Source: Anaeromyces robustus (Eukaryota). Taken from it: DNA of 64,000 nt. A program made the position numbers and the translations under genes. Every line of letters begins with the position of its first letter. Positions within the stretch are counted from its first letter, which is position 1. This document shows positions 1 to 15,794 of the stretch, piece after piece. The notes beneath the pieces are model-generated. The model was not told where the DNA came from. It did no database searches and worked only from the letters and a program-made list of their open reading frames with translations. The stretch lies in assembly GCA_002104895.1 (NCBI GenBank), contig MCFG01000167.1, positions 1 to 64,000 on the forward strand. Reading direction: 5' to 3'.

Positions 1-370
1 TCATTAAATCAATAATGAAGGATATATAAAACCTTTAAAAAAAATTATTTTAATTTATATCTTTTTTTTCTTTTATTATTTCCAAAATAAAAAAAATAAA
101 AATTAGTATATTATTTTTTTATTAGAAAAGTTTCTTATCTCACTATTTTTGAAGAGAAATTTGCTTTATAATATTTTACATTGCTATATATATTTACAAA
201 TTAAATTTAAAAATTAAAATTGATTGTTTTATTTAATAATATATACATTAAATATTATAAAAGAAAACTATTATTTTCCTTATATTGTATTGAAATACTC
301 TTCAAAAATATATTTTTCCTATACTAATTTTTACTTTTTTATATGATAAAGATAAAATTAAAAATTTTTT

Positions 371-405
<35 letters not shown>

Positions 406-851
406 TTTTTTTTAATAAAATCCTTACTATATAAAATAATTAATTTAAAAAAAGTTATCTATTACTTTTTTTTTCCTTTTTTTTTCTTTTTTTTTTTATA
501 AAAAATGATTAAATAATAATATAAAAAATTATTTAAATAAATAAAAAAAATTATATAAAAAATTGAAGTATTCAAAAAAATTAATTGAATTGAGGGTTTT
601 ATTGATTTTTTTTTTCTTTTTTGATAATTTGTAAAAATTTAAAAAAAAATTTGTTATGTTTTTGTTTAAAATGTTTTCACAAATATTGTTTTTGTTGGTT
701 TTAATTGCTGTTTTTTTTGTTAATGTTATTTTTAAATGATTTTTTTTCTTTCATGTATATATCTTGTTAATGTATCTTTATTGTAAATTGAATTGTTTTT
801 ATTTTTTTTGATGTTATTATTTTATCTAATTCAATTCTATATTAATTCATC

Positions 852-3800
852 TTAAAATAACATGAAACTGAAGAATAACATAGCAAAAGCAATAGCAACC
901 TTAGATAAGAAGATGGTCATAGCAGAACTTGGGTTACATTTGTCTGGGTTTTCGGAATCTTCGTTACAACCAACGAAACCTAATTTAGCAGTAGAACAAA
1001 TTTGTGGTTCCTTTTCATTGTCAAGAATGACATAGTTTTCAATACAAACAAGGTCGAAACTAGCCATCTTTTCTTCCTTATCATAAGTACAGTTAGTGAA
1101 AATACCTGGAATAACGGTAAGGTGGTTTGAACCAGCCTTAACAGTAGCGGTATTGTTGTTGTTCTTTGAAATATCATCAACAGCACTCTTAACATTTGAT
1201 GGGTAAGTTTCAGAGAAAGCAGTTGGGAAGTTAACAACAACAAGTTCATCAGCATTACAGTATTTAGTAGAAAGAATGTTGAAAATGTTACCAGTAACAC
1301 ATCTGAAGTGGTATCCACCAATGTAGTATAATTCACCAAGAACACAAGATTGTTTGTTACAAACGGTAGAGGCAAGGTTATCATCATCAACGTTACAGTA
1401 GTATAATTCATTGTCGTTAGTCATAACGTACATAGATTCATCAATTAAATCACAAGATGAACCATCAGTGTTTGGACATTCATACATTTCATTGTCAGTA
1501 GTGTAGTAGTAACCATCACTAACCTTACCAGTAATGGTAACCTTGTTAGTGGAAGTAGAATCAACAGTGAACTTTCTAACATATTGTTCTCCTGGTTCAG
1601 TAGAAATTAAAGCATAACCATCAGCAGTTGGGTAGACCCATTGTGATGAAGCAGAATCATATCTGACTAAGTAGTGACTAATGTTATCATAGTAGTAGAC
1701 ACCTTCAGTTGGAGTCTTAACGGAACAAGAAGAAAGAGAACATCCGTAAAGGATAATTTCATTGTTCTTGTTACTGAATTCCTTGTATTCAGTAGTACTG
1801 TTGGAATTAACATTGATTAAGTAGTAACCAGTGGTGTCAATAATAGTAGCATCATAAAGGTTTAACTTGTAAAGATTGGAAGAGTAACCAAAGATTTCAT
1901 TGTTAATAGTAGTAGACTTGTAACAGTCACCAGTCTTCTTAGCTTCAATATCAGTGGCAGCAATAACTAATTCACCAGCAGAAGTAACACAGAATTCAGT
2001 GTTCTTTAAATCAGTGTTTGGAACACATTTGTTGTTAGCGTAGGCACAAAGAACATCCTTGTCATAGGCGAAGGAGAAAGTGTTACCACTGTACTTGAAG
2101 ATTCTCTTAGAGACATCAACATAGTAGGTGGTGGAACTTGGAGTTGGAATAACAACACATGAAATACCGTTACATTTGTATAACTTAACATATGAGTTGT
2201 TGTAGTCTTCAATCTTAGAACCAGTAACAAGCTTGTTAGAGTTAGTGTTAATGAAGTAGTAACCAGCGGCAGTAATTTGAGAAATTTCACCATCATCAAT
2301 GTGGTAAATGTTTGGACCAACAGTGTAGTAGTATTGGAAATAGCTTGATGAAGCTTGGTAACAGTTATTTGAAGTATTGGCAACAATAGAATCTTCACGT
2401 TCAATGGTGTTAGCAGCATAGTATAAAATACTTCTGTTAACATCAGTACAGTAACCACCTTCTGGAATAAGAGAACTAGCTTCAACAGAACCTTGGGTGT
2501 CAACAACAACAGAACATTTGTTACCAGAAGCATTACAAATTGGAATCTTTAACATATCACTTTGAGTGAGTTTATTACAGCTAGTGGAATCACATTGAAT
2601 GAGTTCTTGAGTTTCCTTACCAGAAATGTAAATACCAATTTTAGCTTGAATATTTTCACAAGTATTATCAGTACAATCAATTAAAATGTTTGGATTGGTT
2701 GATAAATAGAAATTGGCAACATCAGTCTTTGGTTGACATTGTGATTCTGGAGTACAAACAATGATCTTACCAGTACTACCATCAACATAGTTACCAGAAG
2801 TAGTAGTTAAACCTTCACATTGGGATCCATTACAGTAAATAAGTTGATAACTGGAAGAAGAATCACCATTTAAGAAGTAAGTTTCTGAAGTAACTGGAAC
2901 ATTATCACAACCATTAGTGGTACACTTAATGATGTAACCAATTACAGTAGATAAATAGTAGTTTCCAGCAGTTGCATCATTATTAATTTGACATTTGTCA
3001 TCTTCACATTTAATAAGACCATTACTACCTGGGTAGTAAGCACCATTCTTACCATCACTAAGATTACAACTACTTGAAGTACTGCAACTTACAAGAGCAC
3101 CAGCTAATGTATTAGATTGAGAATTAATGAAGTATTTACTATCACTAACACCGTCGCCAAATGGAGTACAATCAGATATTCCTGAACCAGCAGTATAAGT
3201 ACAAGTATAACCTACAACGTCTGATCCTTGATCTGTAATAATTTCACCAGTCTTTCCATCAAAGAATAAATATATTTTATTTCCAACAGCACTTGTATTA
3301 ACTGGAGAAGCTGGTGTTGTTAATACTTCACATTTACCAGTATTAGTGTTTAAGTTTAATGGATATATAGCACCTGAACCAGTAATGTATTTAGCAGAAT
3401 CAGTATCATCATCAATACAGTAGAATTTTTCGCTACAATTTTCATCTGCAACACTTACACCATTTTTATTACAAGATTGTAATAATGCAGCTTTTGTAGT
3501 TGTTATTGATAATGCAATAGCAGTTAAAACACTATTTTTTTTATAGATTCATTTAAAAATCATATTAATAATAATAAAATATATAAATAAAAAATAAATA
3601 AATATAAATATATATGTATTAAAAAAATAATATAAATTTAATATAAAAAAATGATTAAAATCAAAAATATAAATAATATACAATATATTAAAAAAATTTA
3701 AATTATATAAATTGTTTTAAATATATTATATATAAAATAATTAAAAATAAAAATGAATATTAAAATAAAAATAATAAAATAAAATTAAATAAAAAAATAA

Positions 3801-3960
3801 TAAAATAAAATAAAATAAAATAAAATTAAAAAATAAAATTTTATAATTAAAAATTATTAAAATATATAAACATTAAAAAAAAAAATATTATTATAATTAA
3901 AAATCCAATATTTTAATAAAATATATTAAATTTTTACCCAAATCGATTTATGAACTTCAT
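852..3960 (-). CDS. Fungal cellulosome scaffoldin-like protein, ~900 aa, 2 exons (3960-3938; 3531-852)
   Basis: The frame of ORF 852..2555 stays open upstream to 3548. Exon 1 ATG AAG TTC ATA AAT CGA TTT GG|gtaaaa splices in phase 2 to aatag|T GTT TTA at 3531, giving the signal peptide MKFINRFGVLTAIALSITTTKA. The body consists of G-Y/N-Y-(L/F)...LIxCxxxxC repeats, then a Cys-rich C-terminal region (FCVTSAGELV, LVVVNFP, CNPSSA) and a hydrophobic C-terminal tail, as in Neocallimastigomycota scaffoldins. Confidence 0.85.
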
Positions 3961-4333
3961 TATATTATATAATATGTATGTTGTATTAAATAATAGAGGA
4001 TTAAATGTGAATTAAACAAAAACAAAAACAAAAAGATTTTGTAATAAAAAACCTTTTTCTTTTTTTATTTTTTATTTTTTATTATATATATAGATATATA
4101 TATTTTTTATTTATATATTAAAAAAATCCACGTTTTATATATTAAAACCTATATTATATTATATTATATAATGTATTATAATTATATAAAATAAAAAGAA
4201 AAATGAGTTTAATGTTATATTATTATAAGTGTATCAAAATATTTTTCTGAGTGTTTATTTATTTTATTTTATTTCTTTTTCTTTTTTTAATTTTATTATT
4301 AATACATATTTATTTATTTCGTTTTATCTTTTT

Positions 4334-4386
<53 letters not shown>

Positions 4387-6639
4387 TGTCATTTCCAAAT
4401 TCCCTTAAAATTGTTTCAATATTTTTTTAAAAACTCTTCACATTATATGTTTATTATGATTTAGTGTTTCTTTCTATTTTTTCAATATATTTCTTTTTTT
4501 TTTTTTTTATTTTTTTATTTTTTTATTTTTTATTTTTTTTATTTTTTTTTTTATTTATTAAATACTTCATTTAATCATTCTTTTCTCTTTTTTTTTTTAC
4601 TATTTATGTTTTAATTATTAATACATATTTTTCTTTTATTAAATTTTATTGAACTTACTTTTACTTAATAATAATTTTTATAATACTTCAATAGTTTTTT
4701 TAAGAAGAAAAAAAAAGTGTGAAAATAGTTTTAAATATAATTTTATACAATTTTGATTTATTAATATAAAAAATCGGAGTTTATTGAAAAAAATATATAC
4801 CTATATATTAATTTAAAAAATTTTAAATAAAATATAAATTTTTTTTTTTTTTTGAAAAAAAAAATTTTTTTTTAGGTCTTAATCTTTTTATTGAGGTTAA
4901 AATGTAGTTATTTATTTTATTTCGAAAAAAGAAAGTTTTAAAGTTTAATTTTTATAGTAAAATATCGTTTATTTATAATAATAAATTTATTTAAAATAAT
5001 AAGGTAGTGTTTAACATTATTATTTTAAAATAATTAAGATTAATAAAAATATTAAAATATAGAAAAAAATAAACAATTTATAAATAGAATAAAAAAATTT
5101 TTATTAAAAAAAATAAAATAATTGTTATAATATATACAATTTAAAAAAATATAATATATTATTTATCATTCAAAAAGTTATATTATTCATTTAATATATA
5201 TTTAACTTTACAACTGTTTTAAATAAATAGTAATTATTAATATAATATAAAAACAATTAATAGTAATAATAATAAATATAACAAGTTTTTTTTTTTATAT
5301 ATATATATTTTATTATTTATTTTGATTTATTTTATACTAATTATATTATATATATTATATAGACAAAATAATTTGTTTATTGATTTAAAATTTGTTAATT
5401 TTTTAATAATAATTAACATTTCTTTTTTTTAAAAAAAAAATAAATAAATAAAATTTTATTAATACAAAAAACTTTTAATGAAAAATTTCCAATAATTATT
5501 AGGAAAAAAAGATTTTAACATATAATAACTAATGGTTAATGACTATAATATATATAAATATATATATTATAAATACTCATAAATAAATAATATTTACATA
5601 TTAATAAATAAATAAAAAGAATGTTATTTTTTTTATAATTGTATTATTATAATAATTAATAAAGACTACTCAATATTACATATGAAAAAATATTTGATAA
5701 AAATAATTTAATTCCTGATAAATAGGAATTTTTTTACATATTTCTATATAAAAAATTAGTGAGAATATAACTATTTTCATTGTAAACATTTTATTTAAGG
5801 AAAAAATATAGTATAAATTAATAACTCTTTATTTCATTTTATTTTTAATATATATATATATATATATTTTTTTTATTTTATAAAGTTTGAAAAATCAGTT
5901 GAATTATTATTATTCTTTATTTAAAAATTTTTTTTATCATTTAATTTTTTTACTTTTACTTCTATTTTTTTTTTTTAAGGAAATTTATTTCATTCTTCTA
6001 TTCTTTTTTTAATCGAATAAATAAATACTTATAAATTATAAAATTGTTATAAATATATTGGATTAATTGTTGTATTGGTTATATAATAAAAAAAGTTTAT
6101 TTATATATAAAGGAAGTTCATCTTTTACTTCAATAATTAAAATATTTAAAATTATAAAACTTTTTTGTCATACTTGTACTTTATTTTTTTTTTAATATAT
6201 ATTACTATTTTAATATTTTTAAAACTTTTTTAAACAATAAAATTAATATATATCGTAGATTTTTTTTATTTTATTCAAATTATAATTTTTTTTATAAACT
6301 AATACTAATAATAATATAAAAAAAATATAAATAAAAAATTTCCTTTATTTATTAAAAATAAAATTAATAACAAATAAAATACTGAAATAATAATATAAAA
6401 ATTGTAATATATTTTTAAAATAAAAACTCGTATAAAGCGAAATGCTTATTTAATATTAATAAAAATATAATATTAGAAAAAAATATCAAAAATAAAAGAT
6501 TCTAAATTAATAATAATAACATTGATTCTTTTCCTTTCAATAAAAAAACGCTTATCTCTTATTATTTTTTTAAATAATATATATAAATACATAACCACAA
6601 AATTTATGGATATTAAAATGGATACAATTAAGATTTTTT

Positions 6640-6997
<358 letters not shown>

Positions 6998-9083
6998 AAA
7001 TAAAAAAAAATATAAATCTTCATAATACTAATATTTAAATTATTTCAAATTTTTATTTATATATTATTTATTTATTATATAAAAAATAACATATATTTTA
7101 TTATAATAAATTGTTTATTATTTAAAAGATCATATTGGTTAAAGTTTTTTTTTTTTTTCAGTAATAAAAAATTATCCATATATTATAAATTAAAAATTAT
7201 ATCTTTTTTATTATTATAATTATTATTACACCATTATGTTTTGTTTTGTTTCTTTTTTTGTTTTTGTTTTTTTTTTTTTCATATATAATATATATCATTT
7301 TCAATTGAACTCCTCTAATTTTTATTAATTAATCTTAAATAATGTAAATATATATATAAATAATTTATTATATATATAATATTTGAAAGATAGATTTAAT
7401 TTGTATTTTAAATATTTTAAAAAAAAATAAACATAATTAAATATACATAATTTTATAATTAAAATATTAATTAAAAATCTATTATAAAAAAATTGTTTAC
7501 AAAAAAACCAAATCTTATTTTTATTTAAAAAGTATATTCTAATATATATACTTTTTTTTTCCCCAGATATACTATAGAAAATACAAAATAATAAAACTAT
7601 TGTAAAATTATATTATTACAAATATGTAATAATAAAAACTTCAAAATAAATCAATTATAAAATAAAAAATAAAATATTATTATATTATATAAAGTTGTTT
7701 CTATAGTTTATACATTTCTATATATTTTATTTATTTTTATATAAAAATTGTATAATATTAATTAATAAAATTACTTGAAAAGTTGTTATGTAATATATAA
7801 TTTTTATTTATATTAAATATTATTTATATATATTTGTTTTGTTTTGTTTTTTTTGCTTTATTTAAAAATTTAATTTATTTTTTTTTTTAATATTATATAA
7901 AAAAAAGAATAATTAAATCCACATATTATTTATTAAATCTGTTTAATTAAAAAAGATGTATACTTTTTTATGTATGTATAGCTGTATAATTTACTACTTA
8001 TCAATGTTTTATATATGATAAATATTTATTGTTCTTAATATTTATTTATTTTATATTTTTTTTGTTCATTTTTTTAAAACTAAAGGAAAAAAATTATTAT
8101 AACTTATTAATTTATAATATTTATTATATATATACATTAATAATAATTCCAAATTAATAATTTTTATTTATAATTGAAATTTTTTTATTATGATTATCAA
8201 AATATATGAAAGTTTTTATTACATTAATCAATAATCATTAAAAGTTTATTTAAGATTTAATTTAAAAATTTAATATATCTTTCTTTTTTTAATCAATATA
8301 TTTTTAATTAAATACTTACAATTGCTAATATAATAATGATTGTTATTATTTATTTATTTTTTGTTTATTATTTATTTTTTATTTATTTATTATTATATTA
8401 TTTTTTTTTATTTACATTTTCATTATTTAATAATGCAATTTAGTTATAATCAAAATTAAACATAATATTATCTTTATAATAATAGTAATTATAATAATGA
8501 TTACAAAATATATATATATTATCTATTTTTTTAATGTATGTTTTACTTAGTGTAGTTTTTTTTTTTTTTTTTTTTTTTTGTTTGATAAAGTACTTTTAAA
8601 AGAAATAATAAGAATTAAGAATTATTTATTAATTTATATCATTTCAATATGTAGTAATATATAAATTTTTTAAAATTGAAAATACTTATTAAATAAATAT
8701 AATATTAAAAATATGAATAAATAAACTTTAAATATATTTAACATTATGAATAATTTATAAATAAAATAGTTACCATTATTAATTTATTAATATTATTATT
8801 ATCTTTTTCTAGTATCATTATATCCAACATAATGTATATATATTATTATTAAATTTTAAATCTATATATTTTAATTTATTTTAACCTTTTTATAATGAAT
8901 CACTTTATAAAAAAAGACATTTTAACCTTTAAAAAAAAAAAAAATATATATATATATATATATCTAATTTTACATATTTAAAACATTAAAAATTAATATA
9001 TGTTTATTTTTTTAAAGTGCATTTATACATTATATCAAGTGTTTCTTATATATAAATTTATAAGAATTAAGTTAAACGTTAAA

Positions 9084-9141
9084 CATTTAGTCTTCTTTTT
9101 TCTGTATAATCTCATTTAGTCTTCTTTTTTCTGTATAATCT
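9084..9141. repeat. Perfect 29-bp tandem duplication
   Basis: catttagtcttcttttttctgtataatct x2. Confidence 0.9.
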
Positions 9142-9939
9142 TTATAATATAAAATTTTCATGCATTTTTTTTGTATTAATGTTTTTGTATTTGTTAAACG
9201 TATCTTTAATGTATGTTTAAACAAATAAATATTTAATAAATAAAATTTTTTTACCATTATTAAACAAATATTTATATTATATTAATATATATTTTTTAGA
9301 GAAAATAATTAAGATAAACTAAACTCGAAAAAATTATATATATACATATGATTCTTTTTTTTTTTATTATTATGTAATAGAGAAACTTTTTTTATAATCA
9401 TTATTTATACATTTATTGTATCATTACAAACTTTTTTACAATTCTTATGTAAAATAATACCATTATTTAATCTTGATCTATGAAAAAAATAAAATTAATA
9501 TAATAAATTTATAATAAATAAACAATTGATAAATAAAATTTATAGTAAATATTAAATACAATATTAAAAAATAATATATATTAAAAAATAATATTATAAT
9601 AATACTATTTTAATATTGTACTTAAAGTTCTATTTACTTTTTCTTTTTATTTTATTTAAGAAAGAAAAAAAATATATATATATTAATAATTCTAACAAAT
9701 GTAATATCTATTCAAATAAAGTATTAATATTAGAGTTTTTGTTTAATTAAATGTAAAGATATAAATAATATTTAAATATTTTTAGAATACTAAAGAATAA
9801 TATATTATACTGTAAATTTTAATTTTTGGTTAGAATCTAGTTTAATATTAATTTTATAATATATTCTTAATGACCTAACCTGGTTTAAAGCTTTTTTTTT
9901 ATGTTCGATTGTTTGGTACAAAATAAAATGCTTTGTATA

Positions 9940-10299
9940 TAATTATTATTAACCGTTTAAAAATAATAAGCTTATACATCAATTTTTTCGTTAAATAAAA
10001 TGTATATATATTTATTTTAAAAACAATCATATTAAATATATATTTAACTATATTGGTAAATATAATTTGATAGATGTAATTAATACAATTATTTTATTCA
10101 ATAGTAATATAAATAAAAAGTTTGGCATGTAATTATTATTAACCGTTTAAAATAACGAGTTTATACATCAATCTTTTCGTTAAATAAAATGTATATATAT
10201 TTATTTTAAAAACAATCATATTAAATATATATTTAACTATATTGGTAAATATAATTTGATAGATGTAATTAATACAATTATTTTATTCAATAGTAATAT
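9940..10299. repeat. ~170-bp near-identical direct duplication (9940-10110 and 10130-10299)
   Basis: Both copies read taattattattaaccgtttaa...cgttaaataaaatgtatatata...tattggtaaatataatttgatagatgtaattaatacaa...caatagtaatat, with a few differences near the 5' end. Confidence 0.92.
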
Positions 10300-10644
10300 T
10301 ATATATTGTTAATCAAAACATAAAAAGAGAAAAAATAATAATAATAATATTTTTTTTTTAATATATATAAAAAAGTTAATAATAATTATTTTATTATAAG
10401 ACGTAATATATATTTATTATTAGTAATGAAATTCTAGATTTAAATCTATTGATTTATATATTAAGATTGAAACTTATAATTAATCAAGTATGTTTAATCC
10501 AGATAATTTCTTCAGTAGTTTTATAATTAAAGTCTTTTAACATCAAATTAAAACATCATATTATCATGTTAATTGTTAAATTTAAAAATTATCAAATTTA
10601 GATAAATAACAATAACAATCGATAGTTTTTTTTTTTTTGTATAA

Positions 10645-10675
<31 letters not shown>

Positions 10676-11321
10676 ATTATTTAAATTACTTTTTTTTTGT
10701 TTATTTCTTTTTATTTTCAAAGAAGAAGTAATTATAAATAATAAAAATTATATAAATAGATAGTTATCATTAAGTATGTACTTGTTTAAAAAATTTTTGT
10801 CTTTTTTTTTTTTTTTTCTATTCTATATACAATTTATAAATATCAAATATATATAATTTTTTTTTTTTTGAAATAATAATTAAAATATGAGATAGATAAA
10901 ATAAATAAAATATGTATGTATATTATGTATATATCCAAAAAGAATTATCAATAATATATATATATATATAAATATTAAATATTTATATATAAAGTAAATA
11001 TTTATATACATTATATATATATATAATATAACAAAAAAAAATTTTTTTTTTCTTTTTTTTCTTTTTTCTTTATATAAATTCCCAAAAATTAATATAAATA
11101 ATAAATAATAATAAAATAATAAATAATTGAATAATAATTGAATAAAATAACAACTAATAAAATAAAAAAAAAAAAAAAACATAATACAAATATATAAATT
11201 ATATAATAAATTAAATTATATAATAAAATATTAATATTATTATTATTTTTAATTTTTTTTTATTTAATTATCTATTATTTTTGTTGTTATTTTATTATTA
11301 TTATTTATTAATATTAATTTT

Positions 11322-11358
<37 letters not shown>

Positions 11359-11461
11359 TTTTCATCTTTTATAAAAATATAAAAATAATTATTGATTAAA
11401 AAAAAAAAAATAAAAAAATAAGAATTTATATATATAAAAAAAAAGAAAAGAAATATTGATA

Positions 11462-14400
11462 TTAATTTATTCTTTGTAATAGTTCTTCAAAGGATAAATT
11501 ACGTTGAACTATATCCAAATAGAGTTCTGTAAACTCTAAATTAGTTAAACCATTAATTTTTGCAAAAATTGGTGAAGTAATATCTTTATTTTTATAACAA
11601 TCTAGACTATTTCTACGACAAGAAACTATACCACTATCATTTAATTCTTTTAAAATTTCTTGATTAGATTTAGTTGATTTACTACATGTTGAAGATTCAA
11701 AACTTCCATTGCTAGATTTATTATTTGTCATTGTTAAAGCTATAGCAGACATATAATATTTTGAAAGATCACCTGGACCAAAAGATCTTGATCTAGTTTT
11801 ATTACGTTTACGATTTAAACTATTAAATGAAGATGTATCATCTTTTGTTTCCCAAGATTGTTTTGCTATCAATTGATCTTTACTTAAAGATGAATTTTTA
11901 TAAAAACTATGAACTGGACTGGAAGATTGACTAGAAGGATTAAGTAATGACGATGATCTTCTAGAAATTCTTTTTTCAAAAGGAAGACCTTCATTAGTAA
12001 CTTTTAATATTTCTTTATTATAAAAGAGTGGGGTTGGTACACTAGTTGGATTGACTAATGAAGAACGTCTATTAGAAAATTGAATTGATTTAGTATCTAT
12101 TGGCTTTGGTTTATTTTCTAATGATCTTACTTTATGTTTTCTATTTTTATTATCATTGTAATCATCTGTTGGTGAAATAACTGTTGGTAAGGATTGATAT
12201 TTTACATTATAATCTATTGAACTAATTTTGCTAATATTTATTGAATTACTATAATTAAAGCTATTATTATTATTAATATTCTTTAATGATTCATTTTTAT
12301 TATTCTCATATTCAATATCATTATCACTATCAAAATCACTATCAAAATCGTTATCAAAATCATTATCACTTTCATTATCACTTCCCATATTATTTTCAAT
12401 ATTATCTTCATTATTATTATTCTTTATTATTTTACTTTTATCTTCCTTTTCCTTTTCCATTTCTTTTCCTTTTTCTTCCTTTTCCTCTTCTTTTTCTTTT
12501 TTCTTTTGTTCGTTCTTTCCCATTACCTTATCACTTTCTGTTATATTATTATTATTATTGTTGTTGTTATTGTTATCATTATCATTATTATTATCATTAT
12601 TATTATTATCAATTTCAGGAGTTAATGCTATAGGTGAAATACGGCTTGGAATTTGTTGACTTTTTATAGTCCTTTTACCTGAAACTTCTACACATTTTGC
12701 AACATAAAGTTCATCATCATTTAATTTTTCATCTGGATATTGTGTTTTCAAAATTTTTAAAGAATCATATCTTGGTAAAATAGAAGTTGGTCTTCTTCTA
12801 AATTTACCTAAATTTCTTAATTTTGATATAATACCATTAGAACCAAGGGTTGGAAGACATGTATTACGATTTATTTTTTTATTAGTTTTAGAATTTTTAG
12901 TATAATATGTTGATAATGAAGAAGATGTTGATATAATGGATTGATTATTATCAATATTACTTTTTGAAGTATTATTGACATTAGTGTTAACGTCTATGGT
13001 GGGATTTATATCTGTAGTTGTATTTACATTTATATTGGTGGTAGTGTTAACATTATTAGTAATGCCAATATCAAAAGTAGTAGGGTTAGTATCTTGAACT
13101 TGCATTTTTGAATTATATTCAATGTTATTTAGTTGATTATTTCCATTATCACTATTTATATAATATGAAGATGAAGTTGGTTGATCGTTTACAATTACTG
13201 TTTTATCATTCGTATTAGCAACGGAATACCTTGCATAATATGAAGATGGTGGACGACTAACTACTACAGTACTATCTCTATTAGTATTTCCAGTACTTTT
13301 AGCACTCTTAGAACTTATTACAGTACTTGCTCTTTTATAACTTTTATAATCATAATGTGTTACATCTTCATTTCTAACAAAAATTTTAAGAGGAGATTCA
13401 TCATTGGTTGGTGATGATGTAGCTGATTGTGTTTTAAATTTAATTGATGGTTTTGATATTTTTGTTCCTTTCTTCATTAAAATTTCATTATCACTATCAA
13501 TATCATCTACTAAATTAAATGATTCATTATCAATCATAGACATTTTTTTAATAATTGGATTAATTTCTACTCTATTACATTGAACAACAATTTCTTTTGA
13601 TGATTTAATATTTTTTGTGTCAAAGATTAATTCAGTATTATTTCTATTTAAATAACCTTTTTCAATATTAATTTCATTTTTCATAGTTTCTTTACTAGGT
13701 GAAAATTGTGGATCAAAATTTTCTAATGCTGGTGCAATTTGATTAATACATTCTTGTACAGATTTAGAATAATCATTAAAATGTCTTTTTGGTGATGCAT
13801 TCTTGATTAATTTTTCCTTTTTATTATTTATTGATTTTATTGATAATCTGATTTGATTTTGATTTTGATTTTGATTTTGATTTTGATTTTGATTTTGATT
13901 TTGATTTTGATTTTGGCTTTGGTTTTGGTTTTGGTTTTTATTATTGTTTTTAAATTGGTAATTATTACTACTATTGTTACTTATAATACTTTTACCATTA
14001 TTATTACTAATATTATTAATAGCTATATTATTATTAATATTATAATTATTATTATAATTATTATTATTATTATTATTACCGTTACCGTTACCGTTACCAT
14101 TACCATTACCATTACCATTACCATTACCATTACCATTACCATTACCATTACCATCACCATCACCATTACCATTACCATTACCATTACCATTACCTTTACC
14201 ATTACCTTTATTATTATTACCATGATCATTACCATTACCGTTACCATTAGTATTATTAGAAAAAGAAATTTTTCCATTAATAATTTGATCTTTCATAGTA
14301 GCTTCATTAGTAGTATCCAATTTTATAGAACTAGAAGAAGGATTAAAAATTATATTTTCTTTTTTTTGATTTTTTAAACTATTTATATCTTGATTATTAA

Positions 14401-14928
14401 ATTTTATATAGGTTAATCTTTCCCCATCATTACTACTATTTGACAAATTTGAATCATTTTTATATAATCTATTATCAATAATTAATTTTTTAATTTCATT
14501 AAATTGAAATTCTTTTGTAGAAGAACTTATACGTTTATTATTATTGTTATTATTATAACTATTCGTTATTTGACTAATACGCTTTGATTTATGTTTATGT
14601 TTATGATTATGATTATGGTTATTTTTCTTTTCAAATGAACTGGGACTACTACTGTCCATTTCTAAACTACTAAATTGATAAAGATCCCCTCTTTCTCTTT
14701 TCGCAAACTTTTCTATATTATTTTTTAAATCTATATTTAAATCTGAATCTAAATCTAATATATTATTATCATTATTAATATTATTATCACTTATATCACC
14801 TGTAGATTTAAAAGATTTTTCATTTTTATTTAAAGAGCTAAAACTATTAAATGTAGATTTTTCATATGGCTCTGTATTTCTTGATGTTATGCTACTTGAA
14901 TATTTATCATTTATTGAGTCTGATGATC
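11462..14928 (-). CDS. Asn/Ser-rich low-complexity protein of unknown function (likely terminal exon, possibly of the gene starting at 20519)
   Basis: 1065-aa ORF with (GN)n, (QN)n, poly-N and KE/DSD tracts. The frame stays open ~90 codons upstream of ATG 14659 to a candidate acceptor aaaag|GA at 14929/14928. Confidence 0.75.
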
Positions 14929-15763
14929 CTTTTATTATTATTATTATTATTTAAATTATTTATTTATATTTATTTATATTTATTTATTTCACAATTTATT
15001 ATTATTATTTCATTATTAAAATTATTATTATTGTTATTTTTTTTTTTTTTTTTGGTTTATTTTTATTTTTATTTTTATTTTTATTTTTATTTTTATTATT
15101 ATTTTTATTTTATTTATTATTTGTCATTTTTTTTTTTATAATTTTTATGTATAGTTGTGTATTTAAAACAAATATTATCATCATTTTTTTTTGTAATTTT
15201 TTTATTGTTTAAATAAAAACATTTTAAATAAAAAAAAGTCATTGGATATTTATGATTTATATTCATTTTTTTTTTTTTTTTATTTTTTTTTGAAAAATAT
15301 GTCATGATTATTAATATGTTTTATTTTTATATTATTATTATTATTTTATTTTATTTTATTTTATTTTATATTTTTTTTTGTTGTTGTTTAAATGATTTTT
15401 TTGTTAATTATTTGATTATATTATATAAAATATATGTTATTGTCATTATTATTAAGTTTTTTTTTTAAAAAGGATAAATATATATATATATATTTTTTAT
15501 TGTATTTAGTATTGATGGTGGGTTTTTAATTATTTATTAATGAAGTTTCATTATATAATATAATATAATATAATATATATAATAATTAATAATAATATTT
15601 AAAATAGAGGGATTACTGAATAATAAATAATGATATATATTATATATAATAATAATAATTATTTATTTAATAAAAAATATGTCCCATTCATCATTACTAT
15701 TACTATTACTATTATTTCCTTTTCTTAATTATATGATGCTATCTATTTATATTATCTATTTCT

Positions 15764-15794
<31 letters not shown>

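Noticed and set aside
980..2533. Alternate-frame ORFs inside the scaffoldin
   Set aside because: Codon-bias shadows with no recognisable features.
10484..10546. Minus-strand peptide LMLKDFNYKTTEEIIWIKHT, reminiscent of MT-A70/adenine methyltransferase EIIWxK
   Set aside because: Only ~20 codons flanked by stops, with no DPPW or other supporting motif; BLASTX would be needed.
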